Shown piece after piece: positions 33,900 through 47,480 of a stretch of 64,000 bases of DNA. A model generated the notes under the pieces. The model saw nothing but the letters and a program-made list of their open reading frames with translations, had not been told where the DNA came from and did no database searches. Source of the DNA: Takakia lepidozioides. Taxonomy: Eukaryota > Plantae > Bryophyta. The stretch covers positions 58,280,001 through 58,344,000 of the forward strand of contig CM060732.1 in assembly GCA_030704615.1 (NCBI GenBank), written 5' to 3'. Made by a program: the position numbers and the translations under genes. The number at the start of each line of letters is the position of its first letter. The first letter of the stretch is position 1.

Positions 33900-36800
33900 A
33901 TGAGGACAGCAGATCCGGCAATGGAGGTTGTTCATGCACATGCAGTAGGGCCCGCCCACGCAAAGAAAAAGAAGAAAGCTAAGCACATGCAATCCCTGGC
34001 CGAGGAGCCGTCACGGGCTTGCGGAGGGGGGAGTGAGCAGTGCGCGCGAGTGTGTCAGTTCGCCTCAATCAAGGTGGTCGTCCTGGAGGGCTCCCCCCTG
34101 CTGCAGCCCTAGTAAGAAACAGAAAGCCCGTAGAGGCAAAAGAGAGGGCAAAAGAACAGACGAGACAAAATGCAGCCAGGAGGAAAGAGAAAAGGCCACT
34201 GAAGAGGCAAGGGGTGCCCAAATGACAGATGCCAATGTAAGCGAGGGACGCACAGAGACGGTGGGATCCTCCAAGACCCACAGAGAGGCAGTAACACACC
34301 GTTTAGACCATCGCGGGCAAGAGCAGCCCCTGCAATTACCCATACGGTGGAGAGTGGAGGAGAGAAAGAACACCAGAAAGAGCACGGATTGTGCAAGTTC
34401 GAGGTGAAGCCAGGGAGAGGGCAGTAGAGATGGGGAGAGTGCTGGAGGTGGTTTCGCAGGTGGCTGACCCTGTTGAGGAGGACGACAGGGAGCTTTCTGA
34501 CCAGGATGACATCCTCCCGGACATCCCCAGGCCCAAACCCGGAGCATACAGGCTGGATTTGGGCGTCCCTGGTGGGCTGCCAGAAAACCCCTCTGCAGCA
34601 GACTCATGTCCGAGGCGGATATGATTTGGCCGCTGCCATATGTTGGAGGCAACCCACAGCAACATTGGCAGGGTGCTGGGGCTTTGTGTACCCGGCCAAG
34701 CTTCGAATTCCCCCCTTTGCCGCTTGGTGTCATTGCAGGTGTGTGAGACCTGCCCTCCCAGGCCGATATCGACAAGCTGAACATTCTCTTTCCGGATGGA
34801 TGCGATGGGGTCTGCCGCGTTTACGTTTCCATTGAGAACGACCACGGAGCTTCCCATGCCCACACTTCCGAATGAGGTGGACAAATGGGGTCCCCATTGG
34901 CAAACGCGAATGAGGAGTTCGAGCGAAATCTATTGCTAGTGATCCTCTTTTCTTAGCACTTGTCCGGAAGATGTTCTACGTGTGGGACGGCAATCATCGC
35001 CTCCTGGCATGGATGGATCACATTGCCCAAGCCCACCCAACGACCCTCGATTGGCATTTCGCCGTGGATTGTGTTTGTGCTGAAGGTTGCGGGCCCAGAT
35101 CGCAGTCTTCTCAAAGCTGCAATGGCCGACATCCACCGCGTAGCTAAACAACGCCCTCTCGCTTGGACTTGAATTTGGAAGTCATTTCATTGCGAATCCT
35201 CATATATGAGGAAAATTCCCATTCAGTATTGTTGATGAAATGTGGCCCTGCAGGGTGACTGAGAAGTGCTCTTCATTGCCACCAACTTGTCCCATATGCT
35301 CTTTTTCGAGTGAAGGTTCGGGAAGCAGGGGTGCAAATTTTGCCACTTCCCTCAGTGCGACCTCCTGCGTAAGTCGGAGGCCAGGCAGACAGAACCTGGT
35401 ATAGGCTGAGCGTCGACGCCATGGTGGACTACATATTTCGGTAACTCCTGACAGTTTGTTGAGCTAATCGGTCTCCCTCCCCCAATAGAAGAAATTGTGT
35501 TGAGCAGGATCTCTAATTTATGTGCGCATTCTTGACAGACGAAAATACAGCAGGATTTGGCACATCGCGAGTTCTACATGGAGTTTTTTTTCAGAGAAAC
35601 GAATCCAACCCTCCCCGGAACTCGAATCGTATGTCAAAGCTCTGCTGAGGTGAGGGCCCGCATACAGTACAATCGCGGATGGTAAAGTACGTGGCCATAG
35701 CTGATCCCGCCTTTTGGTGCCCCGCTTTCTGGTGGAGGTGGGGAAGCACTACTCCGCGCTCTTAAGCACACGATGACATTGGAGAAGTCCCTCGTTAGCC
35801 ACATCCTTGTGGATGCAACAAAAAGGTGATACATTCTTAACCAAATTGTGGTGGCAACAACTCCTTTTTTGTGGTGTTTGGCGCTTACGAATATGCTGGG
35901 TGGTTGGACAGACCCGGTGGCTCCAAATCTGGAATGGTTCCCAAAGTTACCAGGGACATGTGGAGCTTCCCCAAACCGGACAAACTCTCTAACACCCCAC
36001 ATTCGACATGTGGATGAACCGCATGACATGGTGGTTTCAGTACTTCCCCACGCTTCGTTTGGGGCTTCTACTCTAGTAGGGGGTGGATTCATTGTATTTT
36101 TTCAGGAAAGCCTCTGATGGAGAATCTCCACAGGTGACGACGATAGCGCAAGAGCAGCTGGACACACAAGCACATCAGTTCAAGATGGAGATATCTCCTG
36201 CAGCAGAGAGCCTACGTGACTATGTGACGAGGTACTTTCTGCTCTACAAAACCAACCTATTCTTTCGGGAGATAGCAGATGTTCGCCGGAGCCACGAGTT
36301 CACCGACCAGCCGAACGCGGACAAAGCAGCAATGCGCCTTCTGTACAGGTACATACGCGCTGCCTTTCTTTCAAGTCCTTGCATTTCAGGATGTTAGAAG
36401 CCTCATGTGGTGTTAGGAAAATGGCGCCGAATTTCCAGTCAGGGCTCCGAAAATGGCTAAGTCCCTAGACTGGCTGGCCCTGAACATCTTCGGGTCAAAC
36501 CGGGAAAAATGGCGCCGAATTTCCAGTTCAGGCTCCCAAGATGGCTAAGTCCCTAGGGTGGCAGTCACCGAAAACCGAAATTCGGCGCCATTTTTCCATT
36601 TCTAGGCCCACTCACATCCGCCCCAACCTGGGAAAATGGTGCCGAATATGCATTTCAAGGACCTCATTGTGTTTTTCATGAATGCAGGTACTGCAAGTTC
36701 TCCCTTTTGGAGAAAGGTCATCTGTCTTTCAAGCCACCGTTCTTCCTGGCATGGAGGAACCCTGGGGCTGACTCCATGTACACTGACGATATTGTGAAGG

Positions 36801-39041
36801 AGTGGCATCTAGAACATTTGCGTGATTGCCCTTGGTATATGGACCTTCCGCCCGGCTCGCTCGACCCATCCGAGTTTCAATTGAAGCTGGATGCTGAATT
36901 CCGACGAAACCGGGCTCCGCTGCCTCCGTTGGGTGCAAAAGAGGCAAAAGCACTTACAAACTCCAGGAAAGCGGCAGAGCTTGCTCAGGCAGGAATTCAG
37001 GAGAAATTGCATGAGAAGAGTAAAGGCCAAAGGAAAAGGACAAGGAAACAGGTGAGTGCAGTAACACCCAAAAAGAAGAAAACCATCGGGGCATCGGAGG
37101 AGGCGTAGGAGGGGACCCAAGAGAGTGACTCGGACGACGACTTTGTTCAAAATCCTGCCACTGTTGTTGCTCCTACCCAGTCACCGGTCGTCCGGGTTCC
37201 CAAGTCAGTTCGGAGTGGGACTGGCTCTGCCAAGAAGTTGGCATTTGAGGGCGAGCCTACACGGCGGTATTCGGCGGTGACGTTTACGCACAGGCCAAAG
37301 CTAGAACCTCCAACCATCATCCAATGCGTCAATGAGAGCTTCCTTGACGCTCTCGCTGCCAGGGCGAAGAAGGTGGCACACAGCAAGTCTCTGGCGGAGC
37401 AGAAGGGGAAAGCCAAGAAGAGGGCTGCCGGTACAGAGCCTAAAGACACCCTGGTTTTTGAAGCCATGATGGAATTCTTCACGGTTGTGAGCACGAATTG
37501 CAAGAGCACTCGGGGGGGGGGGGGGTTGAGGTGGAAAGAGCTTGCGACATGATTCTCCTCGACATTCCAGATGGGGAGCTGCTGGAGGGCCTGGATGGTG
37601 TGCCCACCTGGAACAGGTTTACTAAGGACTACTGGAAAACCGGGTTTGGGCTGGCGGGGATGCTTCTGGATGACGGTGGATGTGTGGTTGTCCTTGCCAC
37701 GAGAGGGAAGACAACAGAGAATGCGGTGGCAAGGTGGACACCGAAAGTGTCACCCCGGTCCTCCTCAGAAAATGGTTCTACATCAGTACACAGGGTTGCG
37801 AACAGAGGGCCAAAGTGTAAGTTATCAATTTATTGCATTCACTTCATATTGTGGTGTATGTTAAGTAGACCCTGGAGTTGATCCCTTCTTTGTTGGATGT
37901 GCAGACATTGGTGTTTGAGGCATATTGCTTTGTGAAGAGAGGGTCTACGTTCAAATTCCGCAATGACGGTCGTCTTGTTGATGCCGATGTGGACCCTGTA
38001 ACCTACGATGTCCTCTACAACTATGTGCCCCACTCCAGTATGCCGAAGGACACAAAGACATGCAAACCGTGGCGGTACAACTGGACCCGGAGCCCTGCTT
38101 TCATCCAAACCCTCATGGAGACGTGCTCGGATGTCCAAGGGCGGATTCTGGACCTCACATGCGGCACGGGTAAGCCTTCACGTGCTCAGTTTGTCCCCTG
38201 GCCCGATTGCAATTGCATGCCGCAAGCTATTAACCGCCCGCTTTGTTCCTCAGGTGCTTCAATGTGGGCAGGGACGTTGTCCAACAGGCATGTGTTCGCC
38301 TTCGAGCCAGATACTGCCCTCCACAACTCGGAACTTGCAGCGGCTGAACGTCTGCCGAAAGAGGAAGAGGCATCCTCGGAGGATGAGGAAATATCCGAGA
38401 AGGAGCAGGGGGAGGAAGTTGGGATTGAGGCCGAGGAGCCCCTGGTTTACGAGTGAGTGGTGGCATTGTAAGTTGCCTCCAAATTTCGTGAGGCACCTCC
38501 CTCCGCTCTCTTATTTAATTGAAAACCATTTCTGGTTGTGCTGGTATTGACATTCTTGAAGTGGATTTGTTCTTACTGTAGGATGCCAAGTACTGCCGGA
38601 GGGACGTCTACACCGGAGTTCATGGGCAGGAGGAACGTGCCTTTTTTTGCCAGGGGGGATTTCATGCCTAGTCCAGAAAGGGAGTACATCCTTCCTACTT
38701 ATGCTGCCTGGCTTGCTTCGGTGTCCATTAGGAGGTGTTCCGAACGTAGTCGTGTACAGCAGATTTTAGACGAGGCAAGCCTCAAGAAAATGAAGATGAG
38801 GGAGGAGGCAGCAGCTATTAGAGCCCGTCGGGCTCGTAGATTTGTCTTGGATTCTGCTGAGGAAAGTGGGGGAGAAGACGCAGAAGATTCCCAGGAGGTG
38901 AGGTGGACAGTCCCCCAAGGAGAGGACGGGATTTTTGAGAGGCATAGTGGAACTGATGCATCACAGAGCTCGGAGGATGAGGGGGATGAGGAAGATGAGG
39001 AAGAAGGTGGGGCAAGTTCCTCGGAGGGTGTAGGAGAGTAG
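33900..39041 (+). CDS. Multi-exon ParB/Srx-like plus beta-class N6A/N4C DNA methyltransferase-like gene with many indels
   Basis: MFYVWDGNHRLLAW at 34971-35012. DMILLDIPDG...LLDDGGCVVV at 37545-37695. RSPAFIQTLMETCSDVQGRILDLTCGTG|ASMWAGTLSNRHVFAFE reads across the GT-AG intron 38170-38253. Acidic C-terminus. Start codon is approximate. Confidence 0.72.
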
Positions 39042-39229
39042 TGCCCATTCCGGCTATGACAGTTAGAACACACTTGTATAGACGTGGCTTGCCACAAAAT
39101 TTGCAATAAAATGTTGCATTTCAAGTCCACTGGTGCCACATTCCAACTTCACATGACCCTATTTCCGTGCCTCCTAACCCTATTTCCGTGGACTCACAAT
39201 GGTCTGCTCATGCTTTTTTTTTTTCCGCT

Positions 39230-39510
39230 CATGCTCATGCCGCTCATGAAATAGCAGCCCCCCATTGGCAGTTCGACAATCAAATCGCCTGCCTCATCCA
39301 ATATCCCCGGGCGGCCAAGAACCTCCACCATGACCAATAGTCCCACATGACTGCAAGCAGAGATAAGTGGAATAAAGGTGATACTGTCTGATGTATGATG
39401 CATTCCTACTTTGATGAGATAAGCATAGACTTGCTTGCCCTTCCCCAGGTATCCAAGGTTGGCACATACATTGACTCCACTAATGAAAGTGACCATGATC
39501 AGTCACACCC
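39230..39510 (-). pseudogene. Degenerate PPR fragment
   Basis: ITFIPLISACSHVGL..MVEVLGRPGILDEAGDLIVELP. Confidence 0.75.
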
Positions 39511-39620
39511 CTTGGAGTGACCTTCCTATGTTGCATCTTGTGTTCCATCTCCACTGAGTGAATTTGCTCGACCACATCATAGAGAGTCATTGCAATGGTA
39601 TGTTTGAATGGCTATCTATT

Positions 39621-39960
39621 TGGGTCTGGATTAAGATGGCGCCGACGCTAGCTTAATCTCCACCCCTCTAAGCTCAAGGAAACTGAAAAAGAGAAAAGAA
39701 GCAACCACTGAAGTCCTACTGTCTGTTTGTGTATCTGTCTGCCTGTCTGTTTGTGTATTTGTTAGTCTGTCTACCTATCTGTCTGGGTGTGGGTTAAGAT
39801 GGCATTGACACCAGCTTAATCTCTACCCCTCTAAGCACAAGGAAATTGACAAACAAAACAACATAAACCACTCAAGAACCCTGTCTGTCTGGGCCTGGAT
39901 TAAGGTTGACGCCAGCTTAATCTCCACCCCTCTAAGTAGAAGGATATTGAAAAACAAAAA
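39621..39960. repeat. Three ~70-bp hairpin-containing repeats
   Basis: GGATTAAG...CTTAATCTCCACCCCTCTAAG at ~39628, 39791 and 39897. Confidence 0.75.
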
Positions 39961-42049
39961 AGCAACAACCATTTTTTTTTAATTTATTTTTTTATGGTCT
40001 CTAGGCTGGAATTAAGCTTCTGCCAAATTAAAATACACTTATTTAAACTCAACAACACATACAATTTCCGTTGAGCTTCTTTATGACACTTGAATTTTTT
40101 CCACCTATTCTTTTAAATTTAAGCCTCCTTTCATTTCGCTTCTCCACCTCTTCTACATTGTCGTTGGTTGGGTTTATTCTGTAAGGTACACTTTCACGAA
40201 TTAGGGTTACCGTTCTGGGTTTGTGGTTTCCGTTTGTTCTTTTGGGTTTGCGGTTGACGGTTTATGAGTGCGGGCTTGGGTTTTAGGCTTATGGTTTGCC
40301 TTTGGGGTTTGGAGTTTGGGTTGCGGGATCACTGTTTGTGGTTACGGTTTCCCGTGTTTCCTGGGTTTAGAATTTGTCGTGTTTGCCGCGTTTGCCGTAC
40401 AATCAATCTTATTTCAGTCCATCCATGCTCCATTAATCAATGCAGATTTTCATTCCACATTCATCCATCATTCATCCCTTCACTTCTTTCATTTATCCAT
40501 GCTTCTTTCATTTGGCAATTTTTCATCACATATTCATCCCACATTGCATGCATGGAGCACAACATCTTTGGTCCCTGGGCTGCCAACGTGAATTTCCATT
40601 CAGAAGTGTTTGCATCCACGACAATAGGCCCTGTATTACCTCGGTTGTAGGCTCTACTTCCCTAATCTGCTCACTTTAAAATGTGCTCAAGCTTAAGGGA
40701 ATCATTCTGCTCACGATTAGTGTGCAAAGCGTGAGCGTGCTCATGTGAGCTGCTCACACGTACGGGAGCTACCCTCGTGGTCCACTGCCCTATTCCAATT
40801 CAGGAACGACCTATGCATTCAGTATCTGGTTGTGGTAAACAACTTGCAGTATCGACTGGTTCTCGACCTCCTTTACGTGAAGTTCCTATAAATCCTATGA
40901 ATCCCGTGAATCAATCGGTTGGGGTCTCTTTCCATCAATAGATAGTTGATGCTTTGTGTGCCCCTAATAGTACGCCAGATTCTATTGATCACAACATGAT
41001 GTCAGCTCACTACAACGAATCGCCAAAATAATGACTCAAAAAAGACTGGAAACCCAGTCGTTTCAACCAAAAAATGACTGGGCGACTACGAGTCCGAAAG
41101 GACAAGACCTATCGGACAACCCAGTCATTCCGGTCATTACGTGGTCGGAGTTGTTCTTGTCAGTCGTGATGCCGACTGCAGGGTAATTTTTAAGGTGTGG
41201 CCACGTGGCGTCGCCACGCGCGGCGTTGACTGAATCTTGGACCTTGACCACAGTGGACTTTTGACCGGGGGGTTCCGACTTCCCCACCGTGTGCATGCCG
41301 GGAACACAGCCGCATGGTTCAGTGTGAAAACTCCACGTGTTCACTTAGAGGCTGGACACGCGCCGTAGCCGCGTTGCTTCACACTGCTGAATAGTTACGA
41401 ACTTGTACTACACGAGCACTAACCACTCGTTCAAAAATAACTAGCAAGACGTTTCAACGACTGCACGGTCAGACTGCGAAGTTGTGAACTACGTCTCGGA
41501 GTGTTGGACTCGTAGTAGCGACCGGACTAGCAGTTACCTTCAAGGACACGCGTGGCTTCCCGGGTCTCGCCACGTGCAGGCCTAAGGCCACAGCACGTGG
41601 CGGAGTGAGTTGTCTGCTGGTTGCCTTCATGACTTGCAAGTGGAGTCGACAACTGGAGTGTTGAAGTGACAAATGCAACTTGAGGTTTGAAATGCACTAC
41701 CTCACTAGTGACTACATCGACTGTGGGTTGGGAACCAGGCACTCATGTTGGTTGCACTGACTTGGGGGCTGTGACTTGTAGTTCATACATGTGTAGTATT
41801 GTTTCTACTGTGTCTGAATAGCAACACAGATGCTATGATCCATCTACTACGGCATTGCAACCAACACAATCCCTGCACACTCATGTCATTGCCTATGTGA
41901 TTCAGACTTCATAACATACAGACCACGCCATCAATGCATGAAATCAAATGAACTGCATGAAGAAGAACACGTGACAATGTATTAAGATAACACCTCAAAA
42001 CTGCCCCATACAGTGCACAAATGCATGAATCTGCAACAACCAAGATTAG

Positions 42050-44205
42050 AACCTGTTTCTGGATATTTGTGTATCGTCACTTTGGCAGTATCATGTCAAA
42101 GTCACTCCAAACTATCAAAGGTTCACTCAACCAGCTAACTTGCAGAATTCAACATGAAAATTTAGGGCCGATTCTCATAAGAGGGGAAAACAGGGTGAAA
42201 TGTGTTGAAGAAGGTGCCTTGATTAGCAGTGACTAATTTTATGAATTGTGCCACTGCTGCTATGGCTTCCAGTTGACTATGTACCTGGGCATACAGGTTT
42301 TGCTTCCACAAGGAGTCATAGGTAATCTGGAGCTTGAAATTTGGCCCTCTTAGATGAATCTGGACCCACACTCTATCCCTGCTCCTTCAGCTATCCATGC
42401 GTCTGCACAAATCATGCATTCATCCTTGCACTTGTTGCTAGCAGATGACAATGACAGCATAGAGTTGTTCTAGGAAACACCCAACTTAGCTTATCACTCT
42501 AATTCTTATGCTGAATTGTGTCGGCTACTCTCTGTAATCTAACAGACATTCACCTTTTGGTCTCGATTGTCCCACCGTTGACTGGGGTCAGAAATGTGTT
42601 CATTCCCCAGTTTCTCCTCATCTCTGTTACCTGTTTTCCGATACTTTCCTGGTGTCACATTGGCAGTATCATGTCAAAGTCGCTCCAAACTAGATTCACT
42701 CAACCAGCTAACTTGAAGAATTCAACATGGAAATTTAGGGCCGGTTCTGATAAGAGGGAAAAACAGGGTGAAATGTGTTGAAGAAGGTGCCTTCATTAGC
42801 AGTGCCTGATTTTTATCAATTGTCCTGCTGCTGCTCCGGCTTCCTACAGTTGAACATCTTCCCATGCAGGTTTGTTGTAGCTATCCTTCCACAGGGAATC
42901 ATAGGTAATCTGGAGGTTGAAATCCGGCCCTCTTGGATGAATCTAGACCCACACTCTATCCCCGTTCCTTCACCTATCCATGCCTCTGCACAAATCATGC
43001 ATACATCCTTGCCTTGCTGCTAGCAGCTGACAATGATAGCCTATATTTGTTCTACGAAACACCCAACTCAGCTTATCACACTCATTCCTATGCTGAATTG
43101 CGTCTACTACTCTCTGTAATTATACAAGCGTTTACTTTTTTGCCTCTGTTGTCCCACCATTGACTAGGGTCAGAAAAGTACTCATTCCACAACTTCTCAT
43201 CATCTCTGTTACATGTTTATGGATACTATACTGTTGTCACTTTGGCAGTTTCATGTCAAAGTCACTCCAAACTATCAAAGGTTCACTCAGCCAGCTAACT
43301 TGCAGAATTCAACATGGAAGAAGAAGGATTCTGATAAGAGGAAAAATCAGGGTGAAATGTGTTGAAGAAGGTGCCCTCATTAGCAATGCCTGATTTTATC
43401 AATTGTGGCGCCACTGTTGCTGTGGCTTCCAGTTGACCATCTACCAATGTAGGTTTCTTGTAGCTATCCTTCCACAAGGAATCGTAGGTAATGTGGAGCT
43501 TGAAATGCGGCCCTCTTGGATGAATCTGGACCCACGTTCCGTCCCCGTTCATTCACCTATCCATGCCTCTGCACAAATCATGCATACATCCTTGCCTTGC
43601 TGCTAGAAGCTGACATTGACAGCCTACATCTGTTATAGGAAACTCCCAACTCAACTTATCACTCTAGTTCCTAGTATGCTCAATTGCATCTGCTACTCTT
43701 TGTAATCCAACAAGCATTCATTTTTTTGCTCGATTGTCCCACTGTTGACTGGGTCAGAAAAATATTAATTCCACAGCTTCTTCTCGTCTCTGTTACCTGT
43801 TTCTGGATACTAATATTGTTGTCACATTGGCAGTATCATGTAAAAGTCACTCCAAACTATTTAAGGTTCACTGAACTAGCTAATTTGCAGAATTCAACAT
43901 TTAGGGCCGAATCTGATCAGAGGGAAAACAAGGTGAAACGTGTTGAAGAAGGTGCCTTCATGAGCAGTGCCTGATTTTATCAATTGTGTCGATGCTGCTA
44001 CGGCTTCCAGTTGACCATCTACCCATGTAGGTTTCTTGTAGCTATCCTTCCACAGGGAGTCATAGGTGATTTGAAGCTTGAAATCCGGCCCTCTTGGATG
44101 AATCAAAACCCATACTCCATCCCTACTCCTTCATCTATCCATGCCTCTGCACAAATCATGCATACATCCTTGTCTTGTTGCTAGCAACTGACAATGACAG
44201 CCTAG
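42050..44205. repeat. Four tandem ~580-bp units (first one partial)
   Basis: GTCAC(T/A)TTGGCAGT(A/T)TCATGT anchor at ~42076, 42654, 43236 and 43821. Confidence 0.92.
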
Positions 44206-44448
44206 AATTCATGCAACAAACATGACACCACATCTCGTTCAGCCATACCACCCAAACCCAGAATTAGGACAACACTCTGATTCCATCCACTGTTACCAAA
44301 GTCAGTCCAATATCACCTCTTCAAGTCAAATTCAATTATGGGCTGACTTCCCACCTATGCTGGGTAGACCCCACTATCATTTCCCATGGAGATGCCAGAA
44401 CCAATGGCTAGCTTCTCACTGTGGTGGCAAAGAGAAAATTCCTTTTCC

Positions 44449-46531
44449 TTATATAAAGTGCCTGTTAGGCACATACCCCACCTCCTTCATCTTCCCAGCC
44501 AATCTTCTCAACTCAGCATGGATTTCTTTAATTCTAGGATGCAACTTGTCATCTATAACAAAGGTGTGCACCCTGTTGCCAACCTCCATGCAGCAGCGAC
44601 TTGACTCGTTTTTAACCCCTTTGACCTTCATCATTCTTCTCACCTTTGTAGTATCATCCCACCTGTCAGCTGCAGCATAGATGTTTGAGAGCAACACATA
44701 AGTCGCGGCATCATGTTCAGCCCACATGAGGATAGATGTTGCTGCACGTTCAACCATCTCCATATTGCCATGGATTCTGCAGGCACCAAGCAAGGCCTTC
44801 CACACCACAACACCTGGATTTATGGGCATTTTATTAATCATGTCCACTGCCTCATCCGGTTGTCCCTCACGTCCAAGAAGGTCCACCATGCAGCCAAAGT
44901 GCTTTACTGTCGGAGTGACATCATGATCTTGACTCAGGGAATCAAAGTAGCGTCTTCCTTCATTCAGTAGGCCAGCGTGGCTGCATGCAGAGAGAACACA
45001 TATAAAGGTGATATTGCTCGGCTTCAAGCCGTTCTTTTATATTCCTTCAAATAGTTGCACGACCTCCCTATGACAACCATGTTGTGCATATCCTGCAATC
45101 ATCGCATTCCACGACACCACATCTTGTTCAGCCATATTGTCGAGCACTCCCTTTGCATCCTTCATGCACCCACATTTGGCATACATGTCCACCAGGGCAG
45201 TGTTCAGGATCACATCTGGTACAATTCTAGCTCTGACGATGTCACCATGTACCTCTTCACCCTTTTCCAGGGCTGCCAGGCTTGCACACGCACTGCAAAC
45301 GCACACAAACATGATGTGGTCGGGCTTCACCCCGTTGCACATCATTTGCTCATAGGTCTCCAAAGCCTCAATCCCATGTCCTTGTTGTGCATACCCTACA
45401 AGCATCACACTCCACAACACCACGTCTCGTTCAGCCATAGTGTTGAATACTCCCTTTGCATCCTCGATGCACCCACATTTTGCAAACATGTCCACCAGGG
45501 TCTTGTTCATAATGTCATCTGGTACAATTCCAGCTCTTAACATGTCGCCATGCACCTCTTTCCCCTTTTCCAGAGCTGCCAGGGCAGTGTTTAGATTGAC
45601 ATTTGGTACAATTCCAGCTTTGATGATATCCCCATGCACCTCTTTGCCCTTCTCCAGGGCTTCCAGGCTTGCACAAGCATTACAAATGCGCACAAACATG
45701 ATGTGTTTCCCCCATCATTTGCTCATAGGTCTCCAAAGCCTCCATCCCACGTCCCTGCTGTGCATACCCTGCAAGCATCGTACTCCACGACACCACATGT
45801 CGTTCAGCCGTAGTGTTGAACACTCCCTTTGCATCCTAGATGCACCCACATTTTGCAAACATGTCCACCAGGGTATTGTTCAGAATGACATCGATTTGGT
45901 ACAATTCCAGCTCTGAAGATGTCGCCATTCACCTCAATCTTTCCCCTTTTCTAGAGCTGCCAGGGCAGTGTTTAGAATGACATTTGGTACAATTCCAGCT
46001 TTGACGATATCCCCATGCACTTCTTTGCCCTTCTCTAGGGTTGCCAGGCTTGCACGAAGCCACATCATGTCCAGCCATAGTGTTGAATACTCCCTTTGCA
46101 TCCTAGATGCACCCACATCTTGCAAACATGTCCACTAGGGTATTGTTCATAATGAAATCTGGTACAATTCCTGCTCTGAGATGTCGCCATGGACCTCTTT
46201 CCCTTTTTCCAGAGCTGTCAGGGCTGTGTTCAGAATGACGTTTGGTATAATTCCAACTTTGACGATATCCCCATGCACCTCTTTGCCCTTCTCTAGGGTT
46301 GCCAGGCTTGCACGAAGCCACATCATGTTCAGCCATAGTGTTGAATACTCCCTTTGCATCCTAGATGCACCCACATCTTGCAAACATGTCCACTAGGGTA
46401 TTGTTCAGAATGAAATCTGGTACAATTCCAGCTCTGAGATGTCGCCATGGACCTCTTTCCCTTTTTCCAGAGTTGCCAGGGCTGTGTTCAGAATGACGTT
46501 TGGTATAATTCCAGCTTTGACGATATCCCCA
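44449..46531 (-). pseudogene. PLS-class PPR-E/E+ pseudogene, no DYW domain, 5' end truncated by a CACTA-like terminus
   Basis: ITFICVLSACSHAGL...MVDLLGR...WKALLGACRIHG...YVLLSNIYAAA...HP...MKEVGYVP. Internal ~246-bp duplications at 45900-46530; frameshifts. Confidence 0.9.
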
Positions 46532-46800
46532 TACTACAGGAAAAGGGGGGCCTTTGCGACGCCCAAGCCACGCCGCAATGTCGAGAAAACGTCCTTTTCA
46601 GGCATGCGGCAGGCGCAAAATTTGCAACGCCCGGCTGTCGCCTGACAGTCGCATGGGCATCGCCAAAATGACGTCGCAAAATGCGACATATGGGGGTCGC
46701 GAGCCCCTGCCCCAACTCCCACGACTACCGGACGTCGTTTTTCAGGCCGTCCGCGCCGATGGCAGGGGCTTCCTTCGAGCGACGTCTCGGATGACGAGGA
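46532..46800 (+). mobile_element. CACTA/EnSpm-like terminus
   Basis: TACTACAGGAAAA (one change from the CACTACA start of CACTA TIRs), followed by clustered GCGAC/GTCGC subterminal repeats, exactly where the PPR sequence stops. Confidence 0.62.
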
Positions 46801-46869
46801 AATATACAACTGCATTCGAGATTGGTGGACTTCATCTGATGTAGCTAAAATTTTTAAGGGAAGTTTCAG

Positions 46870-47480
46870 TCACCCCGGAGGTTGCATTCATCGAAGCTTT
46901 GCATTTTTGTATGTGTTGCGCTTGCATATTTTCCACAATATGTTTCTTTGTATGAATATCAAGACTCTGACCCCATTGAAAGGCACACACTCTCTCTCTC
47001 TCTTCCTTCCAAAGGGCCTGTATTCTCTGGTTCTCCATACACCTATCTTATTGCAGCCCGATTGGCCCCCGCTCCATCAACCATAAAACCTTTGAAGTTG
47101 TCGTCGCCCGTTTTCTTCCATGACTCTGTTGATATTTTCCCACATTAACATATGTGATGCTGTATCTTCGCCTTTCATTTCACACACAGTAGTGGTTAGC
47201 CGTTGTCGACAATAAGGCTCATAAACATGACATGTCATTGTACTCCATCCATTGATTATCTTCACATGGTCAACATCACCCAACAATTCTCTAATACTCC
47301 ATTGATATTCATCATGTCCACAATTTCAACCCCACCGCCTACTCCATGGCTTGACATTTTGAAAAAAAAAACCCGTGATGAAATGTTGTCAAAATTTCCC
47401 ACTACTGGAGATGCCCAAGGAGCCTAAGACCCTTGAGTCTTTGGGGCATGATTCAATGCAGTACTTCATTGCAAGATGGC
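46870..47480 (-). pseudogene. Degenerate MULE/Mutator-type transposase fragment
   Basis: DHVKIINGWSTMTCHVY...NFKGFMVDGAGANRAAIR*VYG...CAFQWGQS, resembling the MULE second-Asp and CxxH region; stops and frameshifts. Confidence 0.6.

Larger units (their letters stand above)
30594..39195. mobile_element. Probable large DNA transposon, superfamily unassigned, with two divergent genes
   Basis: CpG-rich block with a palindromic repeat array between divergent coding regions. Terminus-like double repeat CCCTATTTCCGTG (39157-39169, 39178-39190) abuts a PPR remnant. Left end is hidden by the gap; no transposase motif recognised. Confidence 0.45.

Noticed and set aside
41190-41760. Cluster of CACGTG G-boxes as a stress-responsive promoter
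   Set aside because: No linked gene identified; could be a decayed repeat.
44222-44460. DYW deaminase domain after the E+ region
   Set aside because: No HSE/CxxC/DYW motifs found; the frame stops after GYVPNRHFI.
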